From the NCBI GenBank assembly GCA_963771045.1, contig CAVYRW010000004.1, positions 1,792,001 to 1,856,000 of the forward strand: DNA of 64,000 bases. The letters run 5' to 3'. A program made the translations under genes and the position numbers. The stretch comes from Waddliaceae bacterium (GTDB taxonomy: Bacteria; Chlamydiota; Chlamydiia; Chlamydiales; SLFE01). The notes below the pieces were generated by a model. It ran no database searches. It was not told the origin of the DNA and saw only the letters and a program-made list of their open reading frames with translations. Shown here piece after piece: positions 1 through 9,768 of this stretch (the stretch's first letter is position 1; each line of letters opens with the position of its first letter).

Positions 1-1147
1 CCTCAGACAGACTGCTCATCTTAATCTCTGTTGCCAAAATATTATTGATATTCAATTTCAAGACCTTCAATGAGGGCTGATTAAAAAGACTGGTCCACCC
101 CTCCATCGACACTTGAGACACGGGACTGCAAACCAGGATCCTAAGATTTGGACAAAGTTTTCTAATAAGACTGAGCATATCATCTGTGAACCAAGCGGCT
201 CTTCCGACATCCAGGGAATGAATTGAAAACAAGGGATCGATATAGGCCAAAGTTTTGAGATTATCGATAGTCGGTGAACGCCGATAAGCTACCAAAAGCC
301 TGCGATTATTCTCCTTAATCTTCAAAAGTGAACTATTCTCAATGAGCCATTCAATGGCAAGCCAGGCTAAAGATTTCGGTAAAATGAGTGTCTGACAGAG
401 GGATAAAAACTGCACAGCCCCCTTTTCTTTCACACTATCAAAATTGGGTTTGAAGTTATATTCAACAAAACTGTGTATCAGCCCGAAGACCTTGGGATCG
501 GCGCCAGGCAAATCAAAATGGCTGATTTCCCTCTCTTGACCCAAAAATATTCGGCATTGATCCTGCAGAAGAATCCGATGGAACTCAAAATCAGCTGATC
601 CAACCTGAACCTTAACTTTGTCCGGATTATCAAATACTTGGCAGCTTGCCTTGGCAATGGCCCTTAGCATCCTAAGCGAATACTTTCCCTCACCGGCAAA
701 ATTCTCAATTCCTTGATAAACCTGCCTTAAAGAACCCGTATATAGTTCATTTCCTCTCCGGCTGCCATAGAGAAAAACAGCTGCCAATTCCATGGGGTCT
801 TCTATCGAATCGGGCTTTTGGATTTTTTCCAGCAGCAATGTCTCAAACAGATTGTGATTTTTTTCAATGAGATGATCGAGATCCTTTTGTAAGGTTAAGC
901 AGCTGTTTCTTAAAGACTTGTATTCTCTGACAGACTTGAAATCAAGGCACTTAAATATTTGAAAGATTAAAAGGCACCTCGGACTAGCCTCCCTATTGAG
1001 ACACCAAACATGATCCTTTATGTTCCTAAGCCCATAGATGTTTCTTTTACAGATCTGAAGGGAAATATTGACGCTCCAATCAGGATCGTATTGATCGCAC
1101 TTTTCCCTGAGTAAATCCAGCTCATTGCGCTTTCGCTCAATTATCAT
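1..1147 (-). CDS. BTB/POZ-like + leucine-rich-repeat protein (3' end runs off the window)
   Basis: Manual translation from ATG 1147 gives 382 stop-free codons to the window edge; absent from the ORF track. BTB-like segment DKVKVQVGSADFEFHRILLQDQCRIF...HFDLPGADPKVFGLIHSFVEY; cysteine-type LRR-like segment WFTDDMLSLIRKLCPNLRILVCSPVSQVSMEGWTSL. Confidence 0.7.
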   Translation of the reverse strand, partial: MIIERKRNELDLLREKCDQYDPDWSVNISLQICKRNIYGLRNIKDHVWCLNREASPRCLLIFQIFKCLDFKSVREYKSLRNSCLTLQKDLDHLIEKNHNLFETLLLEKIQKPDSIEDPMELAAVFLYGSRRGNELYTGSLRQVYQGIENFAGEGKYSLRMLRAIAKASCQVFDNPDKVKVQVGSADFEFHRILLQDQCRIFLGQEREISHFDLPGADPKVFGLIHSFVEYNFKPNFDSVKEKGAVQFLSLCQTLILPKSLAWLAIEWLIENSSLLKIKENNRRLLVAYRRSPTIDNLKTLAYIDPLFSIHSLDVGRAAWFTDDMLSLIRKLCPNLRILVCSPVSQVSMEGWTSLFNQPSLKVLKLNINNILATEIKMSSLSE

Positions 1148-1168
1148 AAGATTTAACAATACCAGGTT

Positions 1169-2152
1169 TTAAAAATGGCGGCCAATGACGAGTCCGCCGC
1201 CGTAGCGAAACGAGTTCTTCTTGGTGATGCGCGCGGGCCCGTCATCGTCTTCACGGGGATTGTAAATCCCCGGAACATAACTCAGATAATCGACAAGCGC
1301 CTCGGCGCCAATATGATATTCGCACCACTGCCAAAGAATCGCACCGCGAAGCCCCCCTTGATAGGCCACTTCACAAACGCTCTTTTTATCCAGATAAATC
1401 GTAGGAAAGCCGATCTGCCCCCAATTCTGCACGCCGTCAATTTCCGTACAGGCTCGGTAGATACCGAAAAAAGGGGCCGCCGTGAAAACCCAGAATTGAC
1501 AAAACCTCTTGGAAATCCCCAGCTCTAAATTGACGCCGTGATAAGTGGTATCCAGCGTCTCGTGAATGGTTCCGTTATCTAAATCGGCGAGGGCAAAATT
1601 GACAAGCTGACTCTCAAACGTCTGATTCTGGCTGATGAAGCCATAGCCAATAGCGGGATAAAGGGTGATGCCGTCGCACCAAGAGTATGTGGTGGCAATT
1701 AGAGCGCTCGCGTGAATCTCCTCATTGCAAAAATGAAAATAATTGGTTTGCTCCTCGGGAATCGTCCCACCGATGCCTCCTCCATTAATCGCAAATAATT
1801 GTATGAGCCCGTTTCCATCTATGTTTTTTTTCTCTTTAAAACCGCAATTAAAATAAGACACAGTCCCAATCACTCTGACAGGATCGCAGCGTTTGAAGGG
1901 ACGCCCGCACCATCCGACAGCCCCGCTCCACTGTGTCGCCAAACAATTCGTGTCCCACTGGACAGCTGACGTATCATAGGGATCTACAAGCCCGTAAAAA
2001 CCCGCCTCAGGGTTTTCAACCAAGATCCCTTCAACAGCTCCATCGACAAAAAACCCGCATTCAGTATAGGGGTAATAGAGAGGGAGAGATTCAAGGTTTC
2101 CGAATACCACGCATCCGATAAAGGCCGGAATGGAAAAAAAAAGCGATTTCAT
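1169..2152 (-). CDS. Putative outer-membrane beta-barrel protein
   Basis: 327 aa with an N-terminal signal-like stretch, Gly/aromatic-rich amphipathic strands and a C-terminal Phe (FRYGGGLVIGRHF) typical of BAM substrates; Cys-rich. Confidence 0.55.
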   Translation of the reverse strand: MKSLFFSIPAFIGCVVFGNLESLPLYYPYTECGFFVDGAVEGILVENPEAGFYGLVDPYDTSAVQWDTNCLATQWSGAVGWCGRPFKRCDPVRVIGTVSYFNCGFKEKKNIDGNGLIQLFAINGGGIGGTIPEEQTNYFHFCNEEIHASALIATTYSWCDGITLYPAIGYGFISQNQTFESQLVNFALADLDNGTIHETLDTTYHGVNLELGISKRFCQFWVFTAAPFFGIYRACTEIDGVQNWGQIGFPTIYLDKKSVCEVAYQGGLRGAILWQWCEYHIGAEALVDYLSYVPGIYNPREDDDGPARITKKNSFRYGGGLVIGRHF

Positions 2153-2220
2153 TGTAAACTCCTGCTAATAACAAGTATCCCTTTATAATGCATATTGCTT
2201 TTTTACAGTAGGTCCTTTAA

Positions 2221-3027
2221 GTGAAGAAATTGTTTTTTTTGTCCCTTGTCCTCATCGCTTTTTCCGCCCATGCCTGGCTGAGCGAGCCTTCTTTGGAAAT
2301 GCAGCGTGCTGTCCGTCCCTATCTGCTGCCTGAAGACCATCCGGCCGCCGGAATTCTCGACGAACTCTTCGCCGCCACGAGAGTTACGGCGAAATTGAAT
2401 TCTTTAAAACAAGCCGGTTTTTACAACGTTGATTTAAGAAAACGGGGCATTGTTTTTGCCAGACACCCCAAACTTCCGGGCTATGTTCTAAAAATGGTCC
2501 TCGATTATACCGGCCATTCAAACGACAAGTGGATAGGATCTTTCCGCCTGCAGGACGAATATGTCGAATTTACAGGCCGGATCAAAAAGCGCAATGAAAT
2601 CCAACAGCATATTGACGACTATAACCTCAAAGCCTTCATCACCCCGAAAAAATGGATTTACCCGATTCCAACACACATCAACCCTCCCAAAAATCACAAG
2701 ATGATCAAAAAGTTTTATATTTTGATAGCCGAAGATATGGATATCGAACCTTTTACGATAACTGCAAAACTTTGGAAAACAGCCTTTAATAAAGAAATGG
2801 TCGATGACTACTTCTTTATCGCCACCAGCTTGAAATTACGCGACCTCGGCCCCCCCAACCAAAGCTTTACCAAGTCCGGCTTTCTGGCCTTCATCGACAC
2901 TAAGGACTGGCCGGAAGAGCTTTGGAATAATTTAAAGAGAGTTCCCAAATTTTTAAGCAAGGAAATGGGAGAGTATTGGAAGACTCTTCTCGAAAACGGC
3001 CTCCCCGAAGACAAGTATTCTCAATAA
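2221..3027 (+). CDS. Exported protein with protein-kinase-like motifs
   Basis: Signal peptide (MKKLFFLSLVLIAFSAHA). GYVLK, LIAED, LRDLGPPN and AFIDT occur in the order of kinase subdomains II, V, VIb and VII. Confidence 0.55.
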   Translation: MKKLFFLSLVLIAFSAHAWLSEPSLEMQRAVRPYLLPEDHPAAGILDELFAATRVTAKLNSLKQAGFYNVDLRKRGIVFARHPKLPGYVLKMVLDYTGHSNDKWIGSFRLQDEYVEFTGRIKKRNEIQQHIDDYNLKAFITPKKWIYPIPTHINPPKNHKMIKKFYILIAEDMDIEPFTITAKLWKTAFNKEMVDDYFFIATSLKLRDLGPPNQSFTKSGFLAFIDTKDWPEELWNNLKRVPKFLSKEMGEYWKTLLENGLPEDKYSQ

Positions 3028-3061
3028 TTTTAGAGCCGCTTGCAAAATTCCGGCAGATTGA

Positions 3062-3090
3062 TTGCAAATAATCAGGGATTTAAGTATAAT
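3062..3090 (+). promoter_or_regulatory. Sigma70/sigma66-type promoter
   Basis: TTGCAA(3062-67)-N17-TATAAT(3085-90), 7 nt before ATG 3098. Confidence 0.6.
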
Positions 3091-3097
3091 TTTTATT

Positions 3098-3394
3098 ATG
3101 TTGGAACAAGATAATTTCAAAAAAAAGCTTAACGAAATCAAGAGACAGGATGAGGCCTTCGAGAGAGAGAAAAAGAAGGTTTTTGAAGATCTCGGACTCA
3201 CACCCGCCCTCATTCATGAAGCGCTTAAAGATCCTTCGCAATATTCGGAAAGCGAGTGGAAGACTTTGCAATCACTAAAAAAAGACTTGCATGAGCAGCT
3301 CCGAATGAAGCTCGACAATATTCGCGATGCCGAAAAATCAAAGAAAAATCTCGAAAGCCTCAGCCTTCCCCCCTGGGCCCTCTTCTGCAAATAA
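3098..3394 (+). CDS. Hypothetical coiled-coil protein (98 aa)
   Basis: Charged helical ORF. The track start (3062) lies in the -35 box, so ATG 3098 is preferred. Confidence 0.7.
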   Translation: MLEQDNFKKKLNEIKRQDEAFEREKKKVFEDLGLTPALIHEALKDPSQYSESEWKTLQSLKKDLHEQLRMKLDNIRDAEKSKKNLESLSLPPWALFCK

Positions 3395-3409
3395 TCAAAG
3401 AGAATTCCT

Positions 3410-4939
3410 TTAGTAAGCCTTAGCAAAGATGGCGTCAAGCGTCGCCGGCCTGCCCGTCAGGATACACTTTCCTTCCGTGCCGCTCTGATCAAGGGGCAGG
3501 CAGCGGATCGTTACCTGAAATTCTTTGAGCGCCTCTTCGGTCGACTCATCTCCGCACCACTTGGCTTTGACAAAACCGCCGTGGATTTCGGGTTTGTTTT
3601 TATTTTTTGGAGTGAAGAACGCTTTAAGCTCGTCGAACGTCTCGATGTTGTCGCGAAGGTGCTGGTCGCGATAGGCCTTGGCCTGGTCAAAGTAAGATTG
3701 CTGCATCTCATCTAGCCAACCGACGAATTGCAAGGGGATTTGATCGATAGCCATGCTTTGTTTATTCTTGTGGTCTTGATCTCTTCTAGCAACCATAGCC
3801 TTTTGGTTTTCCATATCCCGAGGGCCAACTTCTATACGAAGGGGAACGCCTTTTTTGATCCATTCCCAATTCTTCTCGCCGCCGCGGATATCCCGTTTGT
3901 CGACGTTGACGATCACAGGCTGTCCATAGTAGTCAAGTTCTCTTAGAGATGACGCAAGTGCCTCGGCATAGGCGAAAACTTGCGACTCGAGCTCTTCGGA
4001 GGGAACCACTGGAATGATAACTGCGTGAGCGGGAGCGATGCGCGGAGGGAGGCGGAGGCCGTCGTCGTCGGAGTGCATCATCACAATGCCGCCGATCAGC
4101 CGGGTCGTCACACCCCACGATGTGGTGTAGGCGTATTCGAGATTCCCCTCTTTCGAAGTAAATTGAATATTAGAAGCTTTGGCAAAATTTTGTCCCAGGA
4201 AATGAGACGTTCCCGCTTGCAGGGCTTTGCGGTCTTGCATCATCGCTTCGAGGGTGAATGTGTTGTCGGCGCCGGGGAATCTTTCTCCAGAAGACTTTTC
4301 GCCAATGATAACCGGCATGGCCAGCCTCTCTTCTGCAAACTCGCGATACATCTCCAGAATCGACAGCGTCTCATTCATCGCTTCTTGTTTTGTCGCGTGT
4401 ACGGTATGACCTTCTTGCCACAAAAACTCAGTTGTTCGTAAAAAGATGCGGGGCCTCATTTCCCACCGGACAACATTGGCCCACTGATTGATAAGCAGAG
4501 GCAAATCGCGGTAAGACTCGACCCAACGTGAGTAACAGTCGCCGATAATCGTTTCGGATGTCGGACGGACGATTAGCGGCTCCTCCAGTTCGCCGCAGGG
4601 AACCAGCTTTCCGCCTCTCTCTTCAAGGCGGTGATGAGTCACGACGGCGCACTCTTTGGCAAACCCTTCGACATGCGAGGCTTCTCTTTCCAGAAAGCTG
4701 AGAGGAATAAACAGAGGAAAGTAGGCATTAACATGCCCCAGCCGCTTGATCTCCCGATCAAGACCTCCTTGAATATTTTCCCAAATCGAAAAACCCCAAG
4801 GCTTTATAATCATAGAACCTCTGACCGGAGAATTCTCAGCGAGATCTGCGAGCTTCACAACCTGCTGGTACCATTCGGGATAGTCTTCCTCTCTTCGAGG
4901 GGAAACGGCATTTTTGGGCTTTTTTTCGGTCATCTTCAT
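3410..4939 (-). CDS. proS: Proline--tRNA ligase (archaeal/eukaryotic type)
   Basis: VRPTSET, QWANVVRWE, FLRTTEFLWQEGHT, QAGTSHFLGQNF motifs; C-terminal AKAY; no editing insertion. Confidence 0.97.
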   Translation of the reverse strand: MKMTEKKPKNAVSPRREEDYPEWYQQVVKLADLAENSPVRGSMIIKPWGFSIWENIQGGLDREIKRLGHVNAYFPLFIPLSFLEREASHVEGFAKECAVVTHHRLEERGGKLVPCGELEEPLIVRPTSETIIGDCYSRWVESYRDLPLLINQWANVVRWEMRPRIFLRTTEFLWQEGHTVHATKQEAMNETLSILEMYREFAEERLAMPVIIGEKSSGERFPGADNTFTLEAMMQDRKALQAGTSHFLGQNFAKASNIQFTSKEGNLEYAYTTSWGVTTRLIGGIVMMHSDDDGLRLPPRIAPAHAVIIPVVPSEELESQVFAYAEALASSLRELDYYGQPVIVNVDKRDIRGGEKNWEWIKKGVPLRIEVGPRDMENQKAMVARRDQDHKNKQSMAIDQIPLQFVGWLDEMQQSYFDQAKAYRDQHLRDNIETFDELKAFFTPKNKNKPEIHGGFVKAKWCGDESTEEALKEFQVTIRCLPLDQSGTEGKCILTGRPATLDAIFAKAY

Positions 4940-5029
4940 ACGGTCCTTTAAAAGATTTTCAAGGATTGACTATAGCATATCGGCGAGTATTTGGACAGAT
5001 TATTTGCTAATAATGTATAAGCGTTTTAT

Positions 5030-6478
5030 ATGAAAAAAAGTCTGCACTATCCCCTGATCGTCATTGGGGCGGGCGCCGGAGGCCTTGTTCCGGCAATCGG
5101 CTGGGCCAAAGCGGGTAAAAAAGTTTTATTGATTGAAAAGGGTAATTATGGCGGCGATTGCACGAATTTCGGCTGCATTCCGAGTAAAGCGATTATTGCA
5201 GCCGCCGAAACAGCTCATGCCTTTGCCCGGGCCAAGGAGATGGGTATTGAAGCGAATATATCCTTCGACGCAAAAGGGGTTTTGACAAGGACGAAGGAGA
5301 TCGTCCGGGGCGTGCGGGAAAAAGAAGAGCCCGAAGCCCTCGCGAAGCTTGGCGTGGATACTCTGACAGGCCTTGCCTCTTTTACTGATCCTCAGACACT
5401 GGATGTGGCGACCGAAGGAGGAGCTACAATACGTGTATCGGCAGAGACCATTATATTGGCGACGGGTTCTTATCCCGCAAAACCGGACATTGAGGGAATC
5501 GACGAGGTCCCCTATTTGACCAATGAAACGGTTTTTAACCTTTCTGAAATTCCTGAGAAACTAGCCATTCTCGGGGGCGGCCCTATCGGATGCGAACTCG
5601 CCCAGGCTTTTCACCGTCTCGGTTCGAAGGTCGCGCTCATTCAGCATGCTCCCCGTCTGCTGATGAAGGAAGAGCCGGAAAGCCAGAAAGTGATTGAAGA
5701 GACGTTCAGGAAAGAGGGAATTGAACTTTTTCTGTCCCATGAGCCGAAAAAAATCGCGAAAGAAGAAGGCCGGCTGATCATTGCCTGCTGCGACAAATCC
5801 AATAATCGGGAATTGACATGCCCGGCAACCCATCTCCTTGTCGCGGCCGGCAGAAGGCCTGCTATTGAAAAGCTCAACCTGAAAGCTGCGGGAGTTGACT
5901 TCGACAAAAAGGGAATTCAAGTCGACAGATACGGCCGCACAAGCCAAAGCCGCATATGGGCTATCGGAGACTGCACCGGCCAGGCTCCATTCACCCACAT
6001 GGCCGAGCACGCCGGCAGAAGGGTTCTTTACAACCTTCTCGTTCCAAGGCTTCTCCGAAAAAAAGAAAAAGAGCCTTGGAATGTCCCGCGGGTCACCTTC
6101 ACCGATCCGGAAATTGCGGCTTTTGGTTTGCTTGAAAAAGACGCTGTGGAGAAATATGGGAAAAGCAGGCTGGCGATTTACTTCTTTCCGTTCTCAAAAT
6201 TAGACAGGGCGATAACAGCAGGGAGAACTGAAGGTTTTGTCAAAGTGATCACAAAAAAGTGGAGCAGTAAAATTATCGGAGCAACTGTTGCAGGGCCGAG
6301 AGCCGGTGAAATGATCCTCGAGCTCGAGGCAGCCATGCATGCTGGAATCCCTTTGCGCAAATTGGCCGATGTCATTCACCCCTATCCCACCTACAGCCTT
6401 GCTATCAGAAAAGCCTCCGACATGTGGCTGAACGAAACACTGCTGCCCGCACTAAAAAAAATTTCAGGAAAAAAATGA
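5030..6478 (+). CDS. Class I pyridine nucleotide-disulfide oxidoreductase (dihydrolipoamide dehydrogenase/MerA-like)
   Basis: GAGAGG FAD site, GGDCTNFGCIPSK redox disulfide, GGGPIGCE NAD site, HPYPT. Confidence 0.9.
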   Translation: MKKSLHYPLIVIGAGAGGLVPAIGWAKAGKKVLLIEKGNYGGDCTNFGCIPSKAIIAAAETAHAFARAKEMGIEANISFDAKGVLTRTKEIVRGVREKEEPEALAKLGVDTLTGLASFTDPQTLDVATEGGATIRVSAETIILATGSYPAKPDIEGIDEVPYLTNETVFNLSEIPEKLAILGGGPIGCELAQAFHRLGSKVALIQHAPRLLMKEEPESQKVIEETFRKEGIELFLSHEPKKIAKEEGRLIIACCDKSNNRELTCPATHLLVAAGRRPAIEKLNLKAAGVDFDKKGIQVDRYGRTSQSRIWAIGDCTGQAPFTHMAEHAGRRVLYNLLVPRLLRKKEKEPWNVPRVTFTDPEIAAFGLLEKDAVEKYGKSRLAIYFFPFSKLDRAITAGRTEGFVKVITKKWSSKIIGATVAGPRAGEMILELEAAMHAGIPLRKLADVIHPYPTYSLAIRKASDMWLNETLLPALKKISGKK

Positions 6479-7179
6479 GAAAATATATCCACTGGCTTCC
6501 TATCATTGTTATTTTCCTGATGATGATTGCCGCTTACTTTTTGGGCGCCGCCAACTACTTCACTTATGAGATGCTCAAAGAGCGGCACATGGCCCTAGAA
6601 ACATTCGTGAAAGTGCATTATCTTGCCGCTTCGGCGATTTTTATCGGCACCTATATTGTATCCACTGCCCTATCGCTTCCGGTTGGCATTTATATCAGCC
6701 TGATCGGCGGCTTTCTCTTTGCTCAGCCCTGGAGCACTCTCTTTGTTGTTTTCGGCGCGACAATCGGGGCATGCATTTTATTCCTGGCGGCAAAAACGGC
6801 ATTAAGAGATTTGCTGACTCAAAAATATACCGGAACTCTGTCGAAAATGAAAAAGGGTTTCAACGAAAACGCCGCCAGCTATCTGCTTTTTCTCCGCCTT
6901 GTTCCCATATTCCCCTTTTGGCTTGTCAATCTGGCGTCCGCCCTATTCGGAGTGCGATTTTGGACCTTTGTCTGGACAACGGCTGTAGGCATTGTTCCCG
7001 CAGCTTTTGTTTTCACGCAGTTCGGGGCGGGACTAGGCGCTGTTTTTGAAGGAAAAAAAGAATTCTCTTTAAATAATGTCTTCAACAACGATGTGAAGAT
7101 AGCTCTTGCGGGCCTGGCGATTCTTGTGGTAATCCCTGTAGTCGTCAAAAAAATCCACAAAAGGAATAAAAATGCTTGA
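6475..7179 (+). CDS. TVP38/TMEM64 (VTT/DedA superfamily) membrane protein
   Basis: LFLRLVPIFPFWLVN motif, multiple TM helices; ATGA overlap with the upstream stop. Confidence 0.9.
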   Translation: MRKYIHWLPIIVIFLMMIAAYFLGAANYFTYEMLKERHMALETFVKVHYLAASAIFIGTYIVSTALSLPVGIYISLIGGFLFAQPWSTLFVVFGATIGACILFLAAKTALRDLLTQKYTGTLSKMKKGFNENAASYLLFLRLVPIFPFWLVNLASALFGVRFWTFVWTTAVGIVPAAFVFTQFGAGLGAVFEGKKEFSLNNVFNNDVKIALAGLAILVVIPVVVKKIHKRNKNA

Positions 7180-7786
7180 GCATTACTTAAGACCGCGGAT
7201 GGAACCTCTATTTTTTCATCCCCTCGCAAAACTCGTAGGCCGAACAAAAGCGGCTCCTTCTTTAGTCACTCTCTTCAGCCTCGCCTGCGGCATTGCAATT
7301 ATCCCTTGCATGCTGTTTCGTTTCCCCGCCGCGGCAATCGGCATGCTTTGGCTCTCGGGACTTGCCGACGTTATCGATGGATCTTTGGCAAGGCTGTCGA
7401 ATCAAACGACCCCTTTTGGAACGATTCTTGACATTGTCTCCGACCGCATCGTCGAGTTTTCCGTCGTCCTGGCTCTTTTTCTCATCGATCCTGATAGAGC
7501 TTTAGTGTGCCTAATGATGCTGGGGAGCATACTCGTCTGCGTCACTTCTTTTTTAGTTTGCGGCATTATCTACGAAAAAAACGGCGCGAAAAGCTTCTAC
7601 TACAGTCCCGGCCTTATGGAAAGAGCTGAGGCGTTCATTTTCTTTACCCTGATGATTCTCTTTCCGAAGGCTTTTCCTTTTTGGGGATGGGCTTTTGTAT
7701 TTCTTGTTTTTCTGACTGCCCTGTTCCACATAGCCGCCTTTTGCAAGGCGGCTCATTGTAGTTCAACGCCGCGGCCATCGGCTTAG
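7172..7786 (+). CDS. CDP-alcohol phosphatidyltransferase family protein (YnjF-like)
   Basis: Signature DVIDGSLAR...FGTILDIVSDR; also SFYYSPGLMERAE. Confidence 0.9.
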   Translation: MLEHYLRPRMEPLFFHPLAKLVGRTKAAPSLVTLFSLACGIAIIPCMLFRFPAAAIGMLWLSGLADVIDGSLARLSNQTTPFGTILDIVSDRIVEFSVVLALFLIDPDRALVCLMMLGSILVCVTSFLVCGIIYEKNGAKSFYYSPGLMERAEAFIFFTLMILFPKAFPFWGWAFVFLVFLTALFHIAAFCKAAHCSSTPRPSA

Positions 7787-8262
7787 GCCGGCCCAACCTC
7801 CACAGCAGCGGCTGAGTCGTGAAAAACCGGTAAAAAGGAGAAGAACCCTAAAAAAATTCATGAAACTCCTTTTTTAGCAGCCAGTTTGAACAGGCGATCG
7901 GCTTCTTTGGTGTCTTTTTCGACTCCATCTCCATCTTTATAATACATTGCCAAATTGTATTGCGCTGCGGCACTTCCCTGATTAGCAGCTAGTTTATAGT
8001 ATTTAATGGCTTTTAGGAGATTTTTTGGGACGCCTTCTCCTCTTGCATAACACATGCCCAAATTATTTAACCCCGGGGTATATCCCAGATCGGCGGCTAG
8101 CTCATAGTATTTAAAAGCTTTCCGGGGATTTCTCTTGACTCCTTTTCCTTTTTCAAGTTGAGTTAAGAACTTTCGCTCATTTTGAGTTAAATCATTTTTA
8201 TCTTTAAGAGCGTTTATGAAGTCATGAAAAAAATAAACGCAGTACTTGTTGTACTGATTACC

Positions 8263-9463
8263 CTCTGTACTGGACAAAAAATTATTTCACACATGACAAC
8301 CTCCTCTTTCTAAGCAGGCTAAAGGCCACAGTATCTGTTTGATTTCATTAATATTAGACCCGAGATTCATGAGAGCCCTCCGAATTATATCCAGTCCCAG
8401 TCGAAATTTGCTTTTACTCTTTCTCCCATGGGATTTCTTCCGAATGGGGGTGATCTTGGACTGGATTTCACCCGTTCTATAGGCCCAGCAGAAGGCGATA
8501 GCCAAGACAAAGAGGATTTTCTCGATCTTATCTGGATCGGTTACATGAGTATCCTCCATGCGAAAGCCGCGACTTTTAAGACACCCAAAAAGCGTCTCTA
8601 TTTCCCATCGCCTTTTGTAGACCGCTAACGCATCTTCAAAGTCATGATTCGAAACCACAATCATGGGCTCTTTCGAACCTTTTTTGCCTTTCCGAAAGGA
8701 TAAATACAGCTGCAGCCCCCATAGCTCTACCGGGACATTGAGGACTTTTTTTCTTCTTCCATAGCGTTTCAGGATTTGATGAATGGAAATCGATTCATCA
8801 GAGTCTAGCTCGAAAATCTTATACGAGCCCTTCACACGAATAACGAATGGAATACGTGCGTCTATCAAGAAAAGAAACCAATCTTCGCCAATAAATTCTC
8901 GATCAGCAGTAAAAGCTTCGATTTTCTCGGGTGAAAACTTTTTGAGAGTGCGCTTGAGCAGCGACACTCGGTCGTGTGTGGATGAGTTACCTTCCAAGTC
9001 TAATACAGACCAGAAAAAAGGGATGCTGATCCCTTTATAGGCGATTGAGAGCATCAATATGTTAATCGGGGTCTTGCCCCACTTCCAGTTCGTCCGATCA
9101 AGGATGAGCGTACATTTCTGATCCAGGGGAAACAATTTAAGGATGAAAGGGGCTATACAACTGAAGTCAAATGAGAAGTCAGTAAAGAATCTGCATATCC
9201 TGCGATAAGCAGACTCTTCTTTACAATCTGTTTGGAATGCCGTCGCGATTTGTGCCAGGTTGATGGTCCGCACGCAAAACAGAGCTTGGACGATGTGGGT
9301 CAAGCAAGTGATTCTGGCCTTGTTCCAATTGAAAAAATTGGCTAGAATGGTTCTTAGTTCGCTGATGTGATTCATAAATGTACCTCGCTAGATTTGGTTT
9401 TCAACGAGTTACAATCTCATCAGCGACATTTTTTTATCAAATCATTTTTTGTCCAGTACAGAG
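8263..9463 (-). mobile_element. IS4-family (IS10-like) insertion sequence, 1201 bp
   Basis: 20-bp perfect terminal IRs CTCTGTACTGGACAAAAAAT / ATTTTTTGTCCAGTACAGAG; 9-bp direct repeat CTGATTACC at 8254-8262 and 9464-9472. Confidence 0.96.
8287..9375 (-). CDS. IS4 family DDE transposase
   Basis: LILDRTNW, ADREF and YKRRWEIETLFGCLK (YREK motif); intact 362 aa. Confidence 0.95.
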   Translation of the reverse strand: MNHISELRTILANFFNWNKARITCLTHIVQALFCVRTINLAQIATAFQTDCKEESAYRRICRFFTDFSFDFSCIAPFILKLFPLDQKCTLILDRTNWKWGKTPINILMLSIAYKGISIPFFWSVLDLEGNSSTHDRVSLLKRTLKKFSPEKIEAFTADREFIGEDWFLFLIDARIPFVIRVKGSYKIFELDSDESISIHQILKRYGRRKKVLNVPVELWGLQLYLSFRKGKKGSKEPMIVVSNHDFEDALAVYKRRWEIETLFGCLKSRGFRMEDTHVTDPDKIEKILFVLAIAFCWAYRTGEIQSKITPIRKKSHGRKSKSKFRLGLDIIRRALMNLGSNINEIKQILWPLACLERGGCHV

Positions 9464-9768
9464 CTGATTACCACTTGAGCTAATATGATATTTTTTTTTT
9501 AAAATTCGATATAAGCATCTCGAATTTGATCGGTTTTCAGATAAGTCATGACTTTTATAAACATTAAATCCACCCTTTGATAGGGAAGATAAATCTTTTC
9601 CAAAAATTTCAGCGCTTCTTTAGGCTTACTATCCAGATATAATCTTTGAGCAGCGAAGGCATAATAACGCCACCGCCCTTTTTTTCGGAGCTTGGTCGTA
9701 CGCATGCTTAATTGTATCAATACGCCTAGGGTCAATCACAAAAAACTCCCGCTCATGGTATGGATAGG

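Larger units (their letters stand above)
7858..9705 (-). pseudogene. Sel1-repeat protein split by IS4 and frameshifted
   Basis: Sel1 repeats (NNLGMCYARGEGVPKNLLKAIKYYKLAANQG) at 7858-8262. Removing the IS and one duplicated copy joins them to 9473-9705; a 1-nt frameshift at the T/A run 9491-9504 also breaks the frame. Confidence 0.8.

Noticed and set aside
5030..6478. Calling this gene merA or lpdA
   Set aside because: It lacks the C-terminal Cys-Cys pair and metal-binding domain of MerA, has HPYPT rather than the HPTxxE of LpdA, and has no mer or dehydrogenase context.
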